From Gemmataceae bacterium (GTDB taxonomy: Bacteria; Planctomycetota; Planctomycetia; Gemmatales; Gemmataceae): DNA of 45,055 nucleotides. Location of the stretch: NCBI GenBank assembly GCA_031426095.1, contig JANPKP010000593.1, forward strand, positions 1 to 45,055, given 5' to 3'. The translations under genes and the position numbers were made by a program. Below are positions 7,951 to 16,661 of the stretch, piece by piece (position 1 is the stretch's first letter; each line of letters begins with the position of its first letter). Below the pieces are notes generated by a model, which was not told the origin of the DNA, did no database searches, and was given only the letters and a program-made list of their open reading frames with translations.

Positions 7951-9465
7951 TCACACCTTGCCCGTCTTCCAAATCGGGTCGTGCGACGACTCCCCGGCCG
8001 AGGCGAACCACCGCGTCATCGTCACCTTGTGCCGGGTGTAGAACTGGACGCCTTCGAGCCCCTGGACGTGGAGGTCGCCGAAGAACGACTGGTTCCACCC
8101 GCTGAACGGGAACCACGCCATCGGGGCCGGGACGCCCACGTTGATGCCGATCATCCCGGCGTTGAAGTGCTGCTTGAACTGCCGGGCCGCGTACCCGCTG
8201 CTCGTGAAGATCGACGCCCCGTTGCCGTAGGGCGAGTCGCGGCCGATGGCGAGCGCCTCGTCCAGGTCGCCGGCCCGCACCACGGAGAGAACGGGGCCGA
8301 AGATTTCGTCGCGGGCCACCCGCATCCCGGGGGCCACCTGATCCAGCACGCTCGGGCCGATGTGGAAGCCGTCGCCCTTCATGGCCGAGCGGCCGTCGAG
8401 GGCCACCGTCGCCCCCTCCTTCGCCCCGATGTCGAGATAGCTCGCCACCCGGTCGCGGTGTTCCCGGCTGATCACCGGCCCCATGTCCACGGCCGCCCCG
8501 GTGTCGGTCGGGCCGACCGTCATCTTGCCGGCCCGCTCGCACAGCAACTCCACGAGCGGGGCCGCAATCTTGCCCACCGGCACGGCCACGCTCCCGGCCA
8601 TGCACCGCTCGCCGGCACAGCCGAAGGCGGCAGCCTGGATCGCCTTCGCGGCCTGTTCGAGGTCGGCGTCGGGCATCACGATGAGGTGGTACTTCGCCCC
8701 GCCGGCCGACTGCACCCGCTTCCCGTGCCTCGCCCCCGTCTCGTAAACGTACTTCGCCACCGCCGTCGAGCCGACGAACGAGATGGCCGCGACGAGGGGG
8801 TGCGTGAGCAGGGCGTCCACGCACTCCTTGTCGCCGTGGACGACGTTGAACACGCCCGCCGGCAGCCCACACTCGGCGAGCAACTCGGCGAGCCGCACGG
8901 CCGACAGCGGCACCTTCTCCGACGGCTTCAGGATAAAGGTGTTCCCGCAGGCGATGGCCACCGGGAACATCCAGAGCGGCACCATCGCCGGGAAGTTGAA
9001 CGGCGTGATACCGACGCACACGCCGACCGGGTGGCGGACAGCCTCGCTATCCACGTTCGTGGCGATGTTCGGCAGCACCTGCCCCATGAGCAGGCTCGGG
9101 ATGCCGCACGCGAACTCCACGACCTCAATGCCGCGTTGGACCGACGCCCGGGCCTCGGGGAGCGTCTTGCCGTGTTCGCGGGTCACGAGGCGGGCCAACT
9201 CTTCGGCGTGGGCTTCGAGCTTGTCGCGGTAGCGGAACAGGACGCGGGCGCGTTCCACGGCCGGCGTCTCGGCCCACGCCGGGAGGGCGGCGGCGGCGGC
9301 CTTCACCACCTCGTCCACCTCGGCGGCCGTGCAGAGCGGGACGCGGGCGATTTCGCGGCCGGTGGACGGGTTGAACACGGCCCCGGTGCGGGTCGAGGAA
9401 CTCTCCCGCCACGTCCCGGCGACGAACAGAGGGACGGTCGGCGTGGCGGTGTCGGCGGCGGGCAT
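7951..9465 (-). CDS. mmsA: CoA-acylating methylmalonate/malonate-semialdehyde dehydrogenase
   Basis: ORF trimmed to the ATG at 9463-9465 (MPAADTATPTVPLFVAG...), 504 aa. ALDH fold with FGCAGERCMA catalytic Cys block and the MMSDH-typical C-terminus. Confidence 0.9.
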   Translation of the reverse strand: MPAADTATPTVPLFVAGTWRESSSTRTGAVFNPSTGREIARVPLCTAAEVDEVVKAAAAALPAWAETPAVERARVLFRYRDKLEAHAEELARLVTREHGKTLPEARASVQRGIEVVEFACGIPSLLMGQVLPNIATNVDSEAVRHPVGVCVGITPFNFPAMVPLWMFPVAIACGNTFILKPSEKVPLSAVRLAELLAECGLPAGVFNVVHGDKECVDALLTHPLVAAISFVGSTAVAKYVYETGARHGKRVQSAGGAKYHLIVMPDADLEQAAKAIQAAAFGCAGERCMAGSVAVPVGKIAAPLVELLCERAGKMTVGPTDTGAAVDMGPVISREHRDRVASYLDIGAKEGATVALDGRSAMKGDGFHIGPSVLDQVAPGMRVARDEIFGPVLSVVRAGDLDEALAIGRDSPYGNGASIFTSSGYAARQFKQHFNAGMIGINVGVPAPMAWFPFSGWNQSFFGDLHVQGLEGVQFYTRHKVTMTRWFASAGESSHDPIWKTGKV

Positions 9466-9510
9466 GGGGTGGCTCCCGGAGAGGTGACGGGGACAGTGTA
9501 GCGGGGCCAC

Positions 9511-9538
9511 TTGCCCCCGCCCACGGCCCTGCTATGAT
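9511..9538 (+). promoter_or_regulatory. Putative sigma70-like promoter (TTGCCC-16 nt-TATGAT) for the beta-ureidopropionase/aminotransferase pair
   Basis: Hexamers at 9511-9516 and 9533-9538. Followed by a C9 tract (9550-9558) and AGGAG (9572-9576) before the ATG at 9583. Confidence 0.3.
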
Positions 9539-9582
9539 CGACACTTCCTCCCCCCCCCACGCCCGAACACCAGGAGTCCGCC

Positions 9583-10452
9583 ATGCCGCGCGTCGTGCGG
9601 GGGGGCTTGATCCAGGCCACGCTCTGCGAGCCGGTCACGTCGCCCCTCGAGAAGGTCAAGCGGGCGATGGTCGACAAGCACGTCGCCCTCGTCACCGAGG
9701 CCGCCGGCCGCGGGGCCCAGGTCATCTGCCTCCAGGAACTCTTCTACGGCCCGTACTTCTGCGCCGAGCAGGAGAGCAAGTGGTACGACCTCACCGAGAA
9801 GGTGCCGGACGGGCCGACGACGAAGCTGTTCGCCGCCCTGGCCAAGAAGCTCGGCGTGGTGCTGGTGCTGCCGGTGTACGAGGAGGAGAACACGGGGGTG
9901 TACTACAACACCGCGGCCGTGATCGACGCCGACGGCACCTTTAAGGGCAAGTTCCGCAAGATCCACATCCCGCAGTGCGCCCCCGGGTTCTTCGAGAAGT
10001 TCTACTTCCGGCCCGGGAACATGGGCTACCCGGTGTTCGACACGGCCGTCGGTAAGGTCGGCGTCTACATCTGCTACGACCGCCACTTCCCCGAGGGGGC
10101 CCGGGCGCTGGGCCTCAACGGGGCCGAGGTCGTGTTCAACCCGTCGGCCACGGTGGCGGGGCTGAGCGAGTACCTGTGGAAGATCGAGCAACCGGCCCAC
10201 GCGGTGGCGAACGCCTATTTCGTGGGGGCGATCAACCGCCCGGGGTGGGAGGAGCCGTGGCGGATCGGCGAGTTCTACGGCCAGAGCTACTTCTGCGACC
10301 CGCGGGGCAAGATGCTCGCCGTCGGCAAGCGGGACGCCGACGACATCGTGATCGCCGACATGGACCTCGACCTGATCCGCGAGGTGCGGAACGTCTGGCA
10401 GTTCTACCGCGACCGCCGGCCGGAAACTTATGGGGCGCTGACCGCACCATGA
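9583..10452 (+). CDS. Beta-ureidopropionase / N-carbamoyl-beta-alanine amidohydrolase (nitrilase/CN-hydrolase superfamily)
   Basis: 289 aa. Glu-Lys-Cys triad contexts CLQELF, KFRKIHIP, VYICYDRHFPE. AGGAG SD 7 nt upstream. Confidence 0.85.
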   Translation: MPRVVRGGLIQATLCEPVTSPLEKVKRAMVDKHVALVTEAAGRGAQVICLQELFYGPYFCAEQESKWYDLTEKVPDGPTTKLFAALAKKLGVVLVLPVYEEENTGVYYNTAAVIDADGTFKGKFRKIHIPQCAPGFFEKFYFRPGNMGYPVFDTAVGKVGVYICYDRHFPEGARALGLNGAEVVFNPSATVAGLSEYLWKIEQPAHAVANAYFVGAINRPGWEEPWRIGEFYGQSYFCDPRGKMLAVGKRDADDIVIADMDLDLIREVRNVWQFYRDRRPETYGALTAP

Positions 10453-10526
10453 ACGTCGGGCAAAGCCCACCCGTCGCCACGGGTGGCTTGTTGGCGTTAT
10501 CCACATTTCGTCGGAGGTTCCCACCC

Positions 10527-11900
10527 ATGTCCACCGCCGCCCCGGCTCTCAAGCGCACCCCCCTTCCGATGGCCCCGCACACGCCGCAGCCTTACGACGG
10601 CCCTTCGAAGGCCGAGGTGATCGCCCTCCGCCAGCAGTACCTCTCACCCGGCCTCGTGACGTACTACAAGAACCCGCTGCTGATCGTCGAAGGGAAGATG
10701 CAGTACCTGTGGGACGAGACGGGGAAGCAGTACCTCGACGCCTTCGCCGGGATCGTCACCGTGTCCGTCGGCCACGCCCACCCTTACGTCCTGGACAAGG
10801 TCACGAAGCAGCTCGGCACGCTCCAGCACGCTACCACGATCTATCTGCACCCGACCGTCGGCCAGCTCGGCAAGAAGCTCGCGGACAAGATGCCGGCCGG
10901 GAGCGGGTTGAGCATGAGCTACTTCACCAACAGCGGCAGCGAGGCGAACGAGGTCGCCGTCCTCTCGGCCCGCGAGTTTACGAAGAACAGCGAGGTCATC
11001 AGTGTTCGCAACGGCTACCACGGCGGCACGTCGCTCCCGATGGGGCTGACGGCCCACGGCAACTGGAAGTTCAAGTCGAACGCCACCGTCAACGTCAAGC
11101 ACGCGACGCCGGGCTACTGCTACCGCTGCCCGTTCGGGCTGGAGTACCCGAGCTGCGAACTGAAGTGCGCCACCGATACGGAAGACCTCATCAAGTACGA
11201 GACCTCGGGCGAGATCGCGGCGTTCATCGGCGAGCCGATCCAGGGCGTGGGCGGCACGGTGACGCCGCCGAAGGAGTACTTCAAGATCGTGTACGACATC
11301 GTCCGCAAGCACGGCGGGCTGTGCATCGCCGACGAGGTGCAGACGGCGTTCGGCCGGACCGGCGACCACTACTGGGGGTTCCAGAACTACGGCGTCGTGC
11401 CCGACATGGTGACGATGGCGAAGGGCCTCGGGAACGGCGTCCCCATCGGGGCGATGACGACGCGGCCGGAGATCGCCGCGATGATGAAGAACCGCGTCCA
11501 CTTCAACACCTTCGGCGGCAACCCGATCAGCGTGACGCAGGGGCTGGCGACGCTCGACGTGATCGACGCCGACGGCATCCAGGCGAACGCCAAGGCGGTC
11601 GGCGGGCACCTGAAGGGCCGGTTGATGGAGCTTCAGGACAAGCACGCCCTCATCGGCGAGGTCCGCGGAATGGGTTTGATGCTCGGCGTCGAGTTGGTCC
11701 GCGACCGCGCCTCGAAGGAGCCGGGGAACACGGAGGCGGCGGCGGTCCTGGAGTTGTGCAAGGAGCGTGGCCTGATCCTCGGCAAGGGCGGCCTCTTCGG
11801 CAACACCTTCCGCATCAAGCCGCCCATGTGCGTCACGAAGACGGACGCCGACTTCCTGGTGGACACGGTCGTTGAGGTTCTGGAGATCGTGGGGACGTAA
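10527..11900 (+). CDS. Class-III PLP aminotransferase (AGXT2-like beta-alanine/3-aminoisobutyrate:pyruvate type)
   Basis: ORF 10176..11900 trimmed to the ATG at 10527 (MSTAAPALKRTPL...), 457 aa. Has SGSEANE, DEVQTAFGRTG and PLP-Lys block MAKGLGNG. Confidence 0.85.
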   Translation: MSTAAPALKRTPLPMAPHTPQPYDGPSKAEVIALRQQYLSPGLVTYYKNPLLIVEGKMQYLWDETGKQYLDAFAGIVTVSVGHAHPYVLDKVTKQLGTLQHATTIYLHPTVGQLGKKLADKMPAGSGLSMSYFTNSGSEANEVAVLSAREFTKNSEVISVRNGYHGGTSLPMGLTAHGNWKFKSNATVNVKHATPGYCYRCPFGLEYPSCELKCATDTEDLIKYETSGEIAAFIGEPIQGVGGTVTPPKEYFKIVYDIVRKHGGLCIADEVQTAFGRTGDHYWGFQNYGVVPDMVTMAKGLGNGVPIGAMTTRPEIAAMMKNRVHFNTFGGNPISVTQGLATLDVIDADGIQANAKAVGGHLKGRLMELQDKHALIGEVRGMGLMLGVELVRDRASKEPGNTEAAAVLELCKERGLILGKGGLFGNTFRIKPPMCVTKTDADFLVDTVVEVLEIVGT

Positions 11901-11902
11901 CC

Positions 11903-11955
11903 AACCCGACGCGTGAGCGTGGGCATAACGTATGCCCTCGCTCACGCGTCGGGTT
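11903..11955. terminator. 53-nt near-perfect hairpin at the convergent aminotransferase/preA junction (no U-tract)
   Basis: AACCCGACGCGTGAGCGtGGGCATaacgtATGCCCtCGCTCACGCGTCGGGTT. Pairing is 17 bp + 1 mismatch + 6 bp with a 5-nt loop (checked base by base). Confidence 0.7.
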
Positions 11956-11963
11956 AGTCCGCG

Positions 11964-13340
11964 TCACACGTGCACCGGCGGCTGTATCTTCTCGACCTTC
12001 CCCTCGGCGAGTAGCTTCTGATACTCGTTCCAAGACATCGGCGGCTTGCCGGTGTCGATTTCCTTCATCGTGATGCAATTCGAGACGGGGCACACGAGGC
12101 TGCACATGTTGCAGCCGACGCACACTTCCTGCTTGATGGTGAACTCGTTGACGATGCCGCCGCCCGCCCCGGGCAGCACCGTGAGCCCGCCCGAGCGCTT
12201 GGCGTGCCCGGCGTGGCCGTTCGACAGGTACTCGCCCTCGGCCACCTTGTCCCAGCGGATCGACTGGTGGGCCCCGTCCTCGCAGGCGATGTAGCAGAGG
12301 CCGCAGTGGATGCACTTCGTCTGGTCGATCTCCGCCACGACTTTGTAATTGAGGTCGAGGTCGCCCCAGTGCTTGATGCGGGGGACCGACTTGGCGACGA
12401 AATCGCTCACCTTGTCGAACCTCTTCTCACGCATCCAGTTCTCCAGCCCACTCGCCAGTTGTTCCACGATGCGGAAGCCGTAGTGCATGACGGCCGTGCA
12501 GACCTGCACCGACGTGGAGCCGAGGAGCATGAACTCGACCGCGTCCTGCCACGCCTGGATGCCGCCGATGCCGCTGATGGGAATCTTGATGGCCGGGTCG
12601 GAGGCGATGGCCGACACCATGTTCAGCGCGATCGGCTTGACGGCCGGGCCGCAGTACCCGCCGTGGCTCCCGAGCCCGCGGACGGCCGGCTTGGGGGCGA
12701 ACGAGTTCAGGTCGACGCCCATGATCGAGTTGATGGTGTTGATGAGTGACAGGCCGTCCGCCCCCGCCGCGGCCGCCGCCCGGCCGACGGCCGTCACGTC
12801 GCCGACGTTGGGCGTGAGTTTGACGATCACGGGGATGGTGGCGGCCTCCTTCACCCACCCGGTGATCATCCCGGCGTACTCGGGCACCTGGCCGACGGCC
12901 GCCCCCATCCCGCGCTCGCTCATGCCGTGCGGGCAGCCGAAGTTCAGCTCGAAACCGTCGGCCCCGGTGTCCTGGGCCTTCTTGACGATTTCGTGCCACG
13001 CCTCCCGGTTCGACTCGACCATGAGCGAAACGATCAGGGCGTGCTTCGGGTGCGACTTCTTGACGCGGGCGATCTCCTTGAGGTTCTCGTCCAGCGTGCG
13101 GTCGGTGATGAGTTCGATATTGTTGAGGCCGATGAGCTTCCGGCCGTCGTGGTCGAGCCCCCCATAACGCGAGGACACGTTCACGACGGGCTCGTTGCCG
13201 AGCGTCTTCCACACGGCCCCGCCCCACCCGGCGTCGAACGCCCGGCGGACCTGATACTCGGAGTTCGCCGGCGGGGCGCTCGCCAGCCAGAAGGGGTTAG
13301 GGGCCTTGATGCCGCAGAAGTCTATGCTCAGGTCGGGCAT
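11964..13340 (-). CDS. preA: NAD-dependent dihydropyrimidine dehydrogenase subunit PreA (DHOD-like FMN domain + 2x[4Fe-4S])
   Basis: Trimmed to the ATG at 13338-13340 (MPDLSIDFCGIKAPNPFWLASAPP...), 458 aa. NFGCPHGM. C-terminal CIHCGLCYIACEDG and CVGCNMCSLVCPV. Confidence 0.9.
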   Translation of the reverse strand: MPDLSIDFCGIKAPNPFWLASAPPANSEYQVRRAFDAGWGGAVWKTLGNEPVVNVSSRYGGLDHDGRKLIGLNNIELITDRTLDENLKEIARVKKSHPKHALIVSLMVESNREAWHEIVKKAQDTGADGFELNFGCPHGMSERGMGAAVGQVPEYAGMITGWVKEAATIPVIVKLTPNVGDVTAVGRAAAAAGADGLSLINTINSIMGVDLNSFAPKPAVRGLGSHGGYCGPAVKPIALNMVSAIASDPAIKIPISGIGGIQAWQDAVEFMLLGSTSVQVCTAVMHYGFRIVEQLASGLENWMREKRFDKVSDFVAKSVPRIKHWGDLDLNYKVVAEIDQTKCIHCGLCYIACEDGAHQSIRWDKVAEGEYLSNGHAGHAKRSGGLTVLPGAGGGIVNEFTIKQEVCVGCNMCSLVCPVSNCITMKEIDTGKPPMSWNEYQKLLAEGKVEKIQPPVHV

Positions 13341-13359
13341 GATGATGATCCAAGCAGGA

Positions 13360-13482
13360 GAATTAACCACCGGGTCACAGAGAACACCGAGCCGAGCCGA
13401 ACACGAGAGCAGAACAAAAATTGTGTTCTGAATTCTCGTGTGTTTCTTCCCTCGGTGTCCTCGGTGACTCGGTGGTTAATTC
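13360..13482. repeat. Family-1 ~122-nt palindromic intergenic element, copy 1
   Basis: Arms GAATTAACCACCGGGTCACAGAGAACACCGAG / CTCGGTGTCCTCGGTGACTCGGTGGTTAATTC (29/32 complementary). Inner stems ACACGAGA/TCTCGTGT and CAGAACA/TGTTCTG. Visibly less GC-rich than the flanks. Confidence 0.9.
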
Positions 13483-14810
13483 GATTTGAGCGATTGTGTA
13501 ATGCCCCACGCGGCGACCTTGCCGTCCTGGACGGCGTCCACAATCTCGCCGGCCCGGACGCAGTCGCCGCCGGCGAACAGCTTCGGGACCGCGGTCGCCC
13601 CCGTCGTGCGGTCGATAACCACTTTGGCCCCGTGTACGGCGAGGCCGGGGAGCGCCTTCAGGAGGCCGATCAGCGGCTCCTGGCCGAGGGCCTTCACGAC
13701 CATGTCGGCGGCGATTACGTACTCGGACCCGGGGACCACACCGGGGGCCCCGTGGCGGCCGGCGTGGGCGGCGGTGCGGGCGAACTCGACGCCGGCGGCC
13801 CGGCCGTCCGGGCCGGGCACCACCCGTAGCGGCTGGGCGAACCACTCGAAGCGGATGGCGTCGGCCTTCGCCAGCTCGTACTCGTAGGCGAACGCCGGCA
13901 TCGCCTCGGCCCCGCGGCGGTAGGCCACGATCACTTCTTCCGCCCCGAGCCGGTGGGCGGCGGTCGCCACGTCGACGGCCGTGTTGCCCCCGCCGATTAC
14001 GATCACGCGCTTGCCGATCTCGCACGCGGTGAACGGCTTCGTGTGCGTCTGGAAGATGAAGTCGAGGGCCTCCCACACGCCCGTGAGGTTTTCGTTCTCG
14101 ATGCCGAGGGGCAGCGTCCGCCCCAGGCCGACGCCGAGGAACACGGCGTCGTACTCGGCGAGTAACTTCACCACGCCGTCGGCGCCGACCGGGGTGTTGA
14201 GCCGGATGTCGACGCCGATCTCCTTGACACGCTCGACTTCCGACAGGCCGAACGGGGTGGAAATCTTGTACGCCGCGATGCCGAGGGTGTTGAGGCCGCC
14301 GGGCGTGTCGCGGGCCTCGAACACGACCACGTCGTGCCCGGCCTTCCGCAACTCGTGGGCGCACGACAGCCCGGCCGGGCCGGAGCCGACCACGGCCACC
14401 CGCTTGCCGGTCGGCGTGCCGGGCCGGAAGAACTTCACGCCGTGAGAGGTGGCCGCGTCGGTGGCGTGCCGCTGGAGGCGGCCGATCTGCACCGGCGATT
14501 TCAGCAGCGTGTTGTCCACGCACGCCCCCTCGCACAGCACTTCCGTGGGGCAGGCCCGGGCGCACGACCCGCCGAAAATGTTCGCCTCGAGGATGGTGGC
14601 GGCGGCCCCGAGGTCGTTGTGGTGGAGGATCTGGCGGATGAACTTGGGCACGTCGATGTGCGTCGGGCAGGCCCGGGTGCAGGGGGCGTCGAAGCAGTAC
14701 AGGCAGCGACTCGCCTCGGCGATCGCCTCGTCCCCGGCCAGCGGCGGCGGCAGGTCGGCGAACCGCTGGTGGAGGATGTCGAGGCTGTACCGCTCGCCGG
14801 CCAAAGGCAT
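13476..14810 (-). CDS. preT: NAD-dependent dihydropyrimidine dehydrogenase subunit PreT (GltD-like)
   Basis: Trimmed to the ATG at 14808-14810 (MPLAGERYSLDILHQRF...), 444 aa. CLYCFDAPCTRACPTHIDV, VAVVGSGPAGLSCA. AGGAG 7 nt upstream. The TAA stop (13476-13478) lies inside the copy-1 repeat arm. Confidence 0.9.
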   Translation of the reverse strand: MPLAGERYSLDILHQRFADLPPPLAGDEAIAEASRCLYCFDAPCTRACPTHIDVPKFIRQILHHNDLGAAATILEANIFGGSCARACPTEVLCEGACVDNTLLKSPVQIGRLQRHATDAATSHGVKFFRPGTPTGKRVAVVGSGPAGLSCAHELRKAGHDVVVFEARDTPGGLNTLGIAAYKISTPFGLSEVERVKEIGVDIRLNTPVGADGVVKLLAEYDAVFLGVGLGRTLPLGIENENLTGVWEALDFIFQTHTKPFTACEIGKRVIVIGGGNTAVDVATAAHRLGAEEVIVAYRRGAEAMPAFAYEYELAKADAIRFEWFAQPLRVVPGPDGRAAGVEFARTAAHAGRHGAPGVVPGSEYVIAADMVVKALGQEPLIGLLKALPGLAVHGAKVVIDRTTGATAVPKLFAGGDCVRAGEIVDAVQDGKVAAWGITQSLKSN

Positions 14811-14830
14811 TGTGTCGCTCCTATTGAAGA

Positions 14831-14952
14831 GAATTAACCACCGAGTCACCGAGAACACAGAGAGGGAAATACGCGAGAAGATCGAACCACCAGATTTATT
14901 CTTCTCAGTGTTTGGCTCGGCTCGGTGTTCTCTGTGACTCTGTGATTAATTT
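14831..14952. repeat. Family-1 palindromic element, copy 2 (internal part inverted relative to copy 1)
   Basis: GAATTAACCACCGAGTCACCGAGAACAC ... GTGTTCTCTGTGACTCTGTGATTAATTTC. The CACCGAGCCGAGCC(G/A)AACAC block is on the opposite side compared with copy 1. Confidence 0.9.
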
Positions 14953-16346
14953 CTGATCTCCCCCGCCTTCTCCCGTGGTAGCCACTTCCCCCAGCCGTCC
15001 TCGGCGACGCACTTTGAGTCGGCCACGACTTGACGGCCGCGGACGAACGTCTGCTCCGCGAAGCCGGCCAGCTCCCACCCCTGGAACGGGTTCCAGTCGG
15101 CCCCACCCTCCATCTTCGCGTGGTCCACCGTCGTCGTCGCATTCGGGTCGAACACCACGATGTCGGCGTCGCTCCCGGCCGCGAGGACGCCCTTGCGGGG
15201 GTAGAGGCCCATGACCTTGGCGGGATTGGCGCAGCACTTCTCCACGAACTTCGTGACCGGCATCCGACCGCCGAGCACGCCCTTCGTGTAGACGAGTGGG
15301 AGGAGCGTTTCGAGGCCCGGCATGCCCATCGGAATCTTCGTCCAGTCGCCCTCCCAGCGGGCCTTCTGGGCCTTCGTGAAGGTGCAGGTGTCGGTCGAGA
15401 TCACGCACACCTCGCCGTCATCCAGGCCTTTCCAGAGGCGTTCGATGTCCTTCGGCTTCTTGAGCTGTGGGCAGCAGGCGTACAGGTGGCCGTCGGGCTG
15501 TGCGAACACGGAGTCGTCCATCACGAGATATTGCACACAGGTTTCCGCATACACATCCACGCCGCGGGCGCGGGCGGCCTTGATGATGTCGGCCCCCTCG
15601 CCGGTGGACATGTGGACGACGTAGAGCCGGCCGCCTGTCGCCTCGGCCCACGTCACGGCCCGCTGGATGGCCTCCGCCTCGATGAAGTTCGGCCGCGTCA
15701 TGGCGTGGAGTTGGGCCCCGTACTTGTTCATCAGTTCGGGCGTGTGGTGGCGGGCGATGAGTTCGTCCAGCACCCGGCTCGATTCGGCGTGGACGAGCAA
15801 CATGCCGCCGAGCTGCTTGCAGCTTTCGAGGGCGTTGTAGATGGCCCGGTCGTCCGACTGCCACCCCTCGGCGGCGTAGATCATGAACTCCTTGAACGTG
15901 GGGCAGCCGCGGGCCACCATTGCCGGCATCTCGGGGCCGTGGCGGTCCCAGTTGGTGATCGCCATGTGGAAGGCGTAATCGACGCACGCCTTCGGCTCGG
16001 CCCGCTCCAGCCAGGCGTGGTAAGCGTCGTCGAGCGACTGCTCGCCGTAGGGGATGGCGAAGTCGATGACGGTGGTAACGCCGCCCATCGCCGCAGCCCG
16101 TGTGCCGGTCCGCCAGTCGTCGCTCGACACGGTGCCGCAGAAGGGAAGTTCGAGGTGGACGTGGACGTCGAGGCCGCCGGGAATGACGTACTTCCCGGAG
16201 GCGTCGAGGACGCGGGCCCCGTCCGGGGTGGCGGCCAGGCCGGGGGCGACGGCAACGATCTGTTCACCACGCACGGCCACGTCGGCCTTCGTGGTGCCTT
16301 CGGGGCTAACGACGGTGCCGTTGGCGATGATGAGGTCGTAAGCCAC
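14946..16346 (-). CDS. hydA: Dihydropyrimidinase / D-hydantoinase
   Basis: 466 aa, GTG start with GAGGAA upstream. Cyclic amidohydrolase signature DVHVHLE. TAA stop (14946-14948) inside the copy-2 repeat arm. Confidence 0.9.
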   Translation of the reverse strand: MAYDLIIANGTVVSPEGTTKADVAVRGEQIVAVAPGLAATPDGARVLDASGKYVIPGGLDVHVHLELPFCGTVSSDDWRTGTRAAAMGGVTTVIDFAIPYGEQSLDDAYHAWLERAEPKACVDYAFHMAITNWDRHGPEMPAMVARGCPTFKEFMIYAAEGWQSDDRAIYNALESCKQLGGMLLVHAESSRVLDELIARHHTPELMNKYGAQLHAMTRPNFIEAEAIQRAVTWAEATGGRLYVVHMSTGEGADIIKAARARGVDVYAETCVQYLVMDDSVFAQPDGHLYACCPQLKKPKDIERLWKGLDDGEVCVISTDTCTFTKAQKARWEGDWTKIPMGMPGLETLLPLVYTKGVLGGRMPVTKFVEKCCANPAKVMGLYPRKGVLAAGSDADIVVFDPNATTTVDHAKMEGGADWNPFQGWELAGFAEQTFVRGRQVVADSKCVAEDGWGKWLPREKAGEIRN

Positions 16347-16496
16347 GGGTGTTCCTCGCCTGCGAATCCGGGTTCGCGTTCGGGCCGCCGGCGGCCGTTC
16401 GTTGGGCCGGCCGGTCCGTGCGAAACCAGGGAAGAGGATGGGGGCCGCGTGCGCCGGGGAGGGGAAGACGGTCGGGCGTCGCGGTCATAAACCGTC

Positions 16497-16525
16497 ACAA
16501 TAGCCGGGTTCGTGGGCGATGGCAA
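16497..16525 (-). promoter_or_regulatory. Putative promoter of the hydA-preT-preA operon (minus strand TTGCCA-17 nt-TATTGT)
   Basis: Reverse complement of 16520-16525 is TTGCCA and of 16497-16502 is TATTGT. The adjacent palindrome GCGACtactGTCGC at 16526-16539 is a possible operator. Confidence 0.35.
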
Positions 16526-16633
16526 GCGACTACTGTCGCCAGGGCAGGTGTCGCATTATTGCGTGCGAAAGTGCCCTGTTTCGGAGCCGATTTGGGCGCG
16601 GACCGACTTTGTGTAATTTTTCACTTTGGCCCA

Positions 16634-16661
16634 TTGTGTTCACCCCACGCTCTCTTACAAT
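16634..16661 (+). promoter_or_regulatory. Putative promoter of the ACIII/cox supercluster (TTGTGT-16 nt-TACAAT)
   Basis: Located in the most AT-rich patch of the window (about 16540-16680), about 100 nt upstream of the ATG at 16760. Confidence 0.35.

Noticed and set aside
10453-10526. Weak hairpin GCCCACCCGtcgccaCGGGTGGC between the beta-ureidopropionase and aminotransferase genes.
   Set aside because: It is only about 8 bp with a bulge, is not repeated elsewhere in the window, and has no clear function. Too weak to report as a feature.
13360-13482. Family-1 elements considered as autonomous mobile elements or as small protein genes (INHRVTENTE...-type translations in the ORF track).
   Set aside because: There is no transposase or integrase ORF in the window, and at 122 nt the elements are too short to be autonomous. 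The open frames through them are best explained by palindromic non-coding DNA, so they are called repeats, not CDS.
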